This document shows positions 61,882 to 64,000 of a stretch of 64,000 bases of DNA, one piece after another; within the stretch, counting starts at the first letter, position 1; each line of letters starts with the position of its first letter. Location of the stretch: the NCBI GenBank assembly GCA_950097015.1, contig CATNEN010000039.1, forward strand, positions 20,646,001 through 20,710,000, written 5' to 3'. Below the pieces are notes generated by a model that worked only from the letters and a program-made list of their open reading frames with translations, did no database searches and was not told the DNA's origin. Both the position numbers and the translations under genes were made by a program. Source of the DNA: Macrostomum hystrix. Taxonomy: Eukaryota > Animalia > Platyhelminthes.

Positions 61882-63926
61882 TGTGATGGTTCTGTCTAGT
61901 GATGGTTCTATCTAGTGATGATTCTGTCTAGTGATGGTTCTGTCTAGTGATGGTTCTATCTAGTGATGATTCTGTCTAGTGATGGTTCTGTGTAGTGATG
62001 GCTGTGTCTAGTGATGGTTCTGTGTAGTGATGGCTCTGTCTAGTGATGGTTCTGTGTAGTGATGGCTTTGTCTAGTGATGGTTCTGTGTAGTGATGGCTT
62101 TGTCTAGTGATGGTTCTGTGTAGTGATGGCTTTGTCTAGTGATGGTTCTGTCTAGTGATGGTTCTATCTAGTGATGATTCTGTCTAGTGATGGTTCTGTG
62201 TAGTGATGGCTGTGTCTAGTGATGGTTCTGTGTAGTGATGGCTCTGTCTAGTGATGGTTCTGTGTAGTGATGGCTTTGTCTAGTGATGGTTCTGTGTAGT
62301 GATGGCTTTGTCTAGTGATGGTTCTGTTTAGTGATGGCTATGTCTAGTGATGGTTCTGTGTAGTGATGGTTCTGTGTAGTGATGGCTATGTCTAGTGATG
62401 GTTCTGTGTAGTGATGGCTTTGTCTAGTGATGGTTCTGTGTAGTGATGGCTTTGTCTAGTGATGGTTCTGTGTAGTGATGGCTTTGTCTAGTGATGGTTC
62501 TGTTTAGTGATGGCTATGTCTAGTGATGGTTCTGTGTAGTGATGGCTATGTCTAGTGATGGTTCTGTTTAGTGATGGCTCTGTCTAGTGATGGTTATATG
62601 TAGTGATGGCTCTGTCTAGTGATGGTTCTGCGTAGTGATGGCTTTGTCTAGTGATGGTTCTGTGTAGTGATGGCTTTGTCTAGTGATGGTTCTGTTTAGT
62701 GATGGCTATGTCTAGTGATGGTTCTGTGTAGTGATGGTTCTGTGTAGTGATGGCTATGTCTAGTGATGGTTCTGTGTAGTGATGGCTTTGTCTAGTGATG
62801 GTTCTGTGTAGTGATGGCTTTGTCTAGTGATGGTTCTGTGTAGTGATGGCTTTGTCTAGTGATGGTTCTGTTTAGTGATGGCTATGTCTAGTGATGGTTC
62901 TGTGTAGTGATGGCTATGTCTAGTGATGGTTCTGTGTAGTGATGGCTCTGTCTAGTGATGGTTCTGTGTAGTGATGGTTCTGTGTAGTGATGGCTTTGTC
63001 TAGTGATGGTTCTGTTTAGTGATGGTTCTGTCTAGTGATGGTTCTGTGTAGTGATGGCTCTGTCTAGTGATGGTTCTGTGTAGTGATGGTTCTGTGTAGT
63101 GATGGCTTTGTCTAGTGATGGCTCTGTCTAGTGATGGCTCTGTCAAGTGACGGCTCTGTCAAGTGACGGCTCTGTCTAGTGACGGCTCTGTCTAGTGATG
63201 GTTCTGTCTATTGATAGTTCTGTGTAGTGATGGTTCTGTCTAGTGATGGTTCTGTCTAGTGATGGTTCTGTCTAGTGATGGTTCTATCTAGTGATGATTC
63301 TGTCTAGTGATGGTTCTGTGTAGTGATGGCTGTGTCTAGTGATGGTTCTGTGTAGTGATGGCTCTGTCTAGTGATGGTTCTGTGTAGTGATGGCTTTGTC
63401 TAGTGATGGTTCTGTGTAGTGATGGCTTTGTCTAGTGATGGTTCTGTTTAGTGATGGCTATGTCTAGTGATGGTTCTGTGTAGTGATGGCTCTGTCTAGT
63501 GATGGTTCTGTGTAGTGATGGTTCTGTGTAGTGATGGCTTTGTCTAGTGATGGTTCTGTTTAGTGATGGTTCTGTCTAGTGATGGTTCTGTGTAGTGATG
63601 GCTTTGTCTAGTGATGGCTCTGTCTAGTGATGGCTCTGTCAAGTGACGGCTCTGTCAAGTGACGGCTCTGTCTAGTGACGGCTCTGTCTAGTGATGGTTC
63701 TGTCTATTGATAGTTCTGTGTAGTGATGGTTCTGTCTAGTGATGGTTCTGTCTAGTGATGGTTCTGTCTAGTGATGGTTCTATCTAGTGATGATTCTGTC
63801 TAGTGATGGTTCTGTCTAGTGATGGTTCTGTCTAGTGATGGTTCTGTCTATTGATGGTTCTGTGTAGTGATGGTTCTGTCTAGTGATGGTTGTCTAGTGA
63901 CGGCTCTGTCTAGTGATGGTTCTGTT
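61882..63926. repeat. 16-bp minisatellite (TAGTGATGGTTCTGTC), ~2 kb
   Basis: Tandem array with dimeric and higher-order variants. Confidence 0.97.
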
Positions 63927-64000
63927 TCACTTGGTGGTTGTGACGTTTATTCGGTTCATGTGTTGCGTCTTATTAAATAAGGAACTGAAGTTTGTTTGTT

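Overview
This is eukaryotic (metazoan) genomic DNA, not prokaryotic. It carries GT-AG spliced genes whose introns and intergenic spacers are filled with about 28 tandem arrays, mostly locus-specific minisatellites. That architecture suggests an invertebrate such as a Macrostomum-like flatworm (inference only). Spliced models built by hand that join in frame: the 3' part of a single-pass membrane protein with tandem three-exon modules (+, to 8239), an N-myristoylated EF-hand calcium sensor (-), MPV17 (-), a Bcl-2 family gene (-), CTF18 (+), a P2C (Na/K-type) ATPase alpha subunit (+), a small orphan gene (+, weak), an RF/RY-amide neuropeptide precursor (+) and an SLC25A33/36-type mitochondrial carrier (-). 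Mobile DNA: two tRNA-derived SINE families (one CORE-type), a TTAA-flanked MITE (3 copies), a MULE-like MITE with a 9-bp TSD, and Gypsy RT and RTE LINE relics. Most interesting: (1) the P2C ATPase has a rebuilt ion-binding site (D804S, D808E, T774A, C930R, no KETYY tail); (2) an operon-like Bcl-2/MPV17 junction; (3) the per-intron minisatellite system. Most long ORFs in the supplied track are minisatellite artefacts. No database searches were run, and all homology calls come from remembered motifs.
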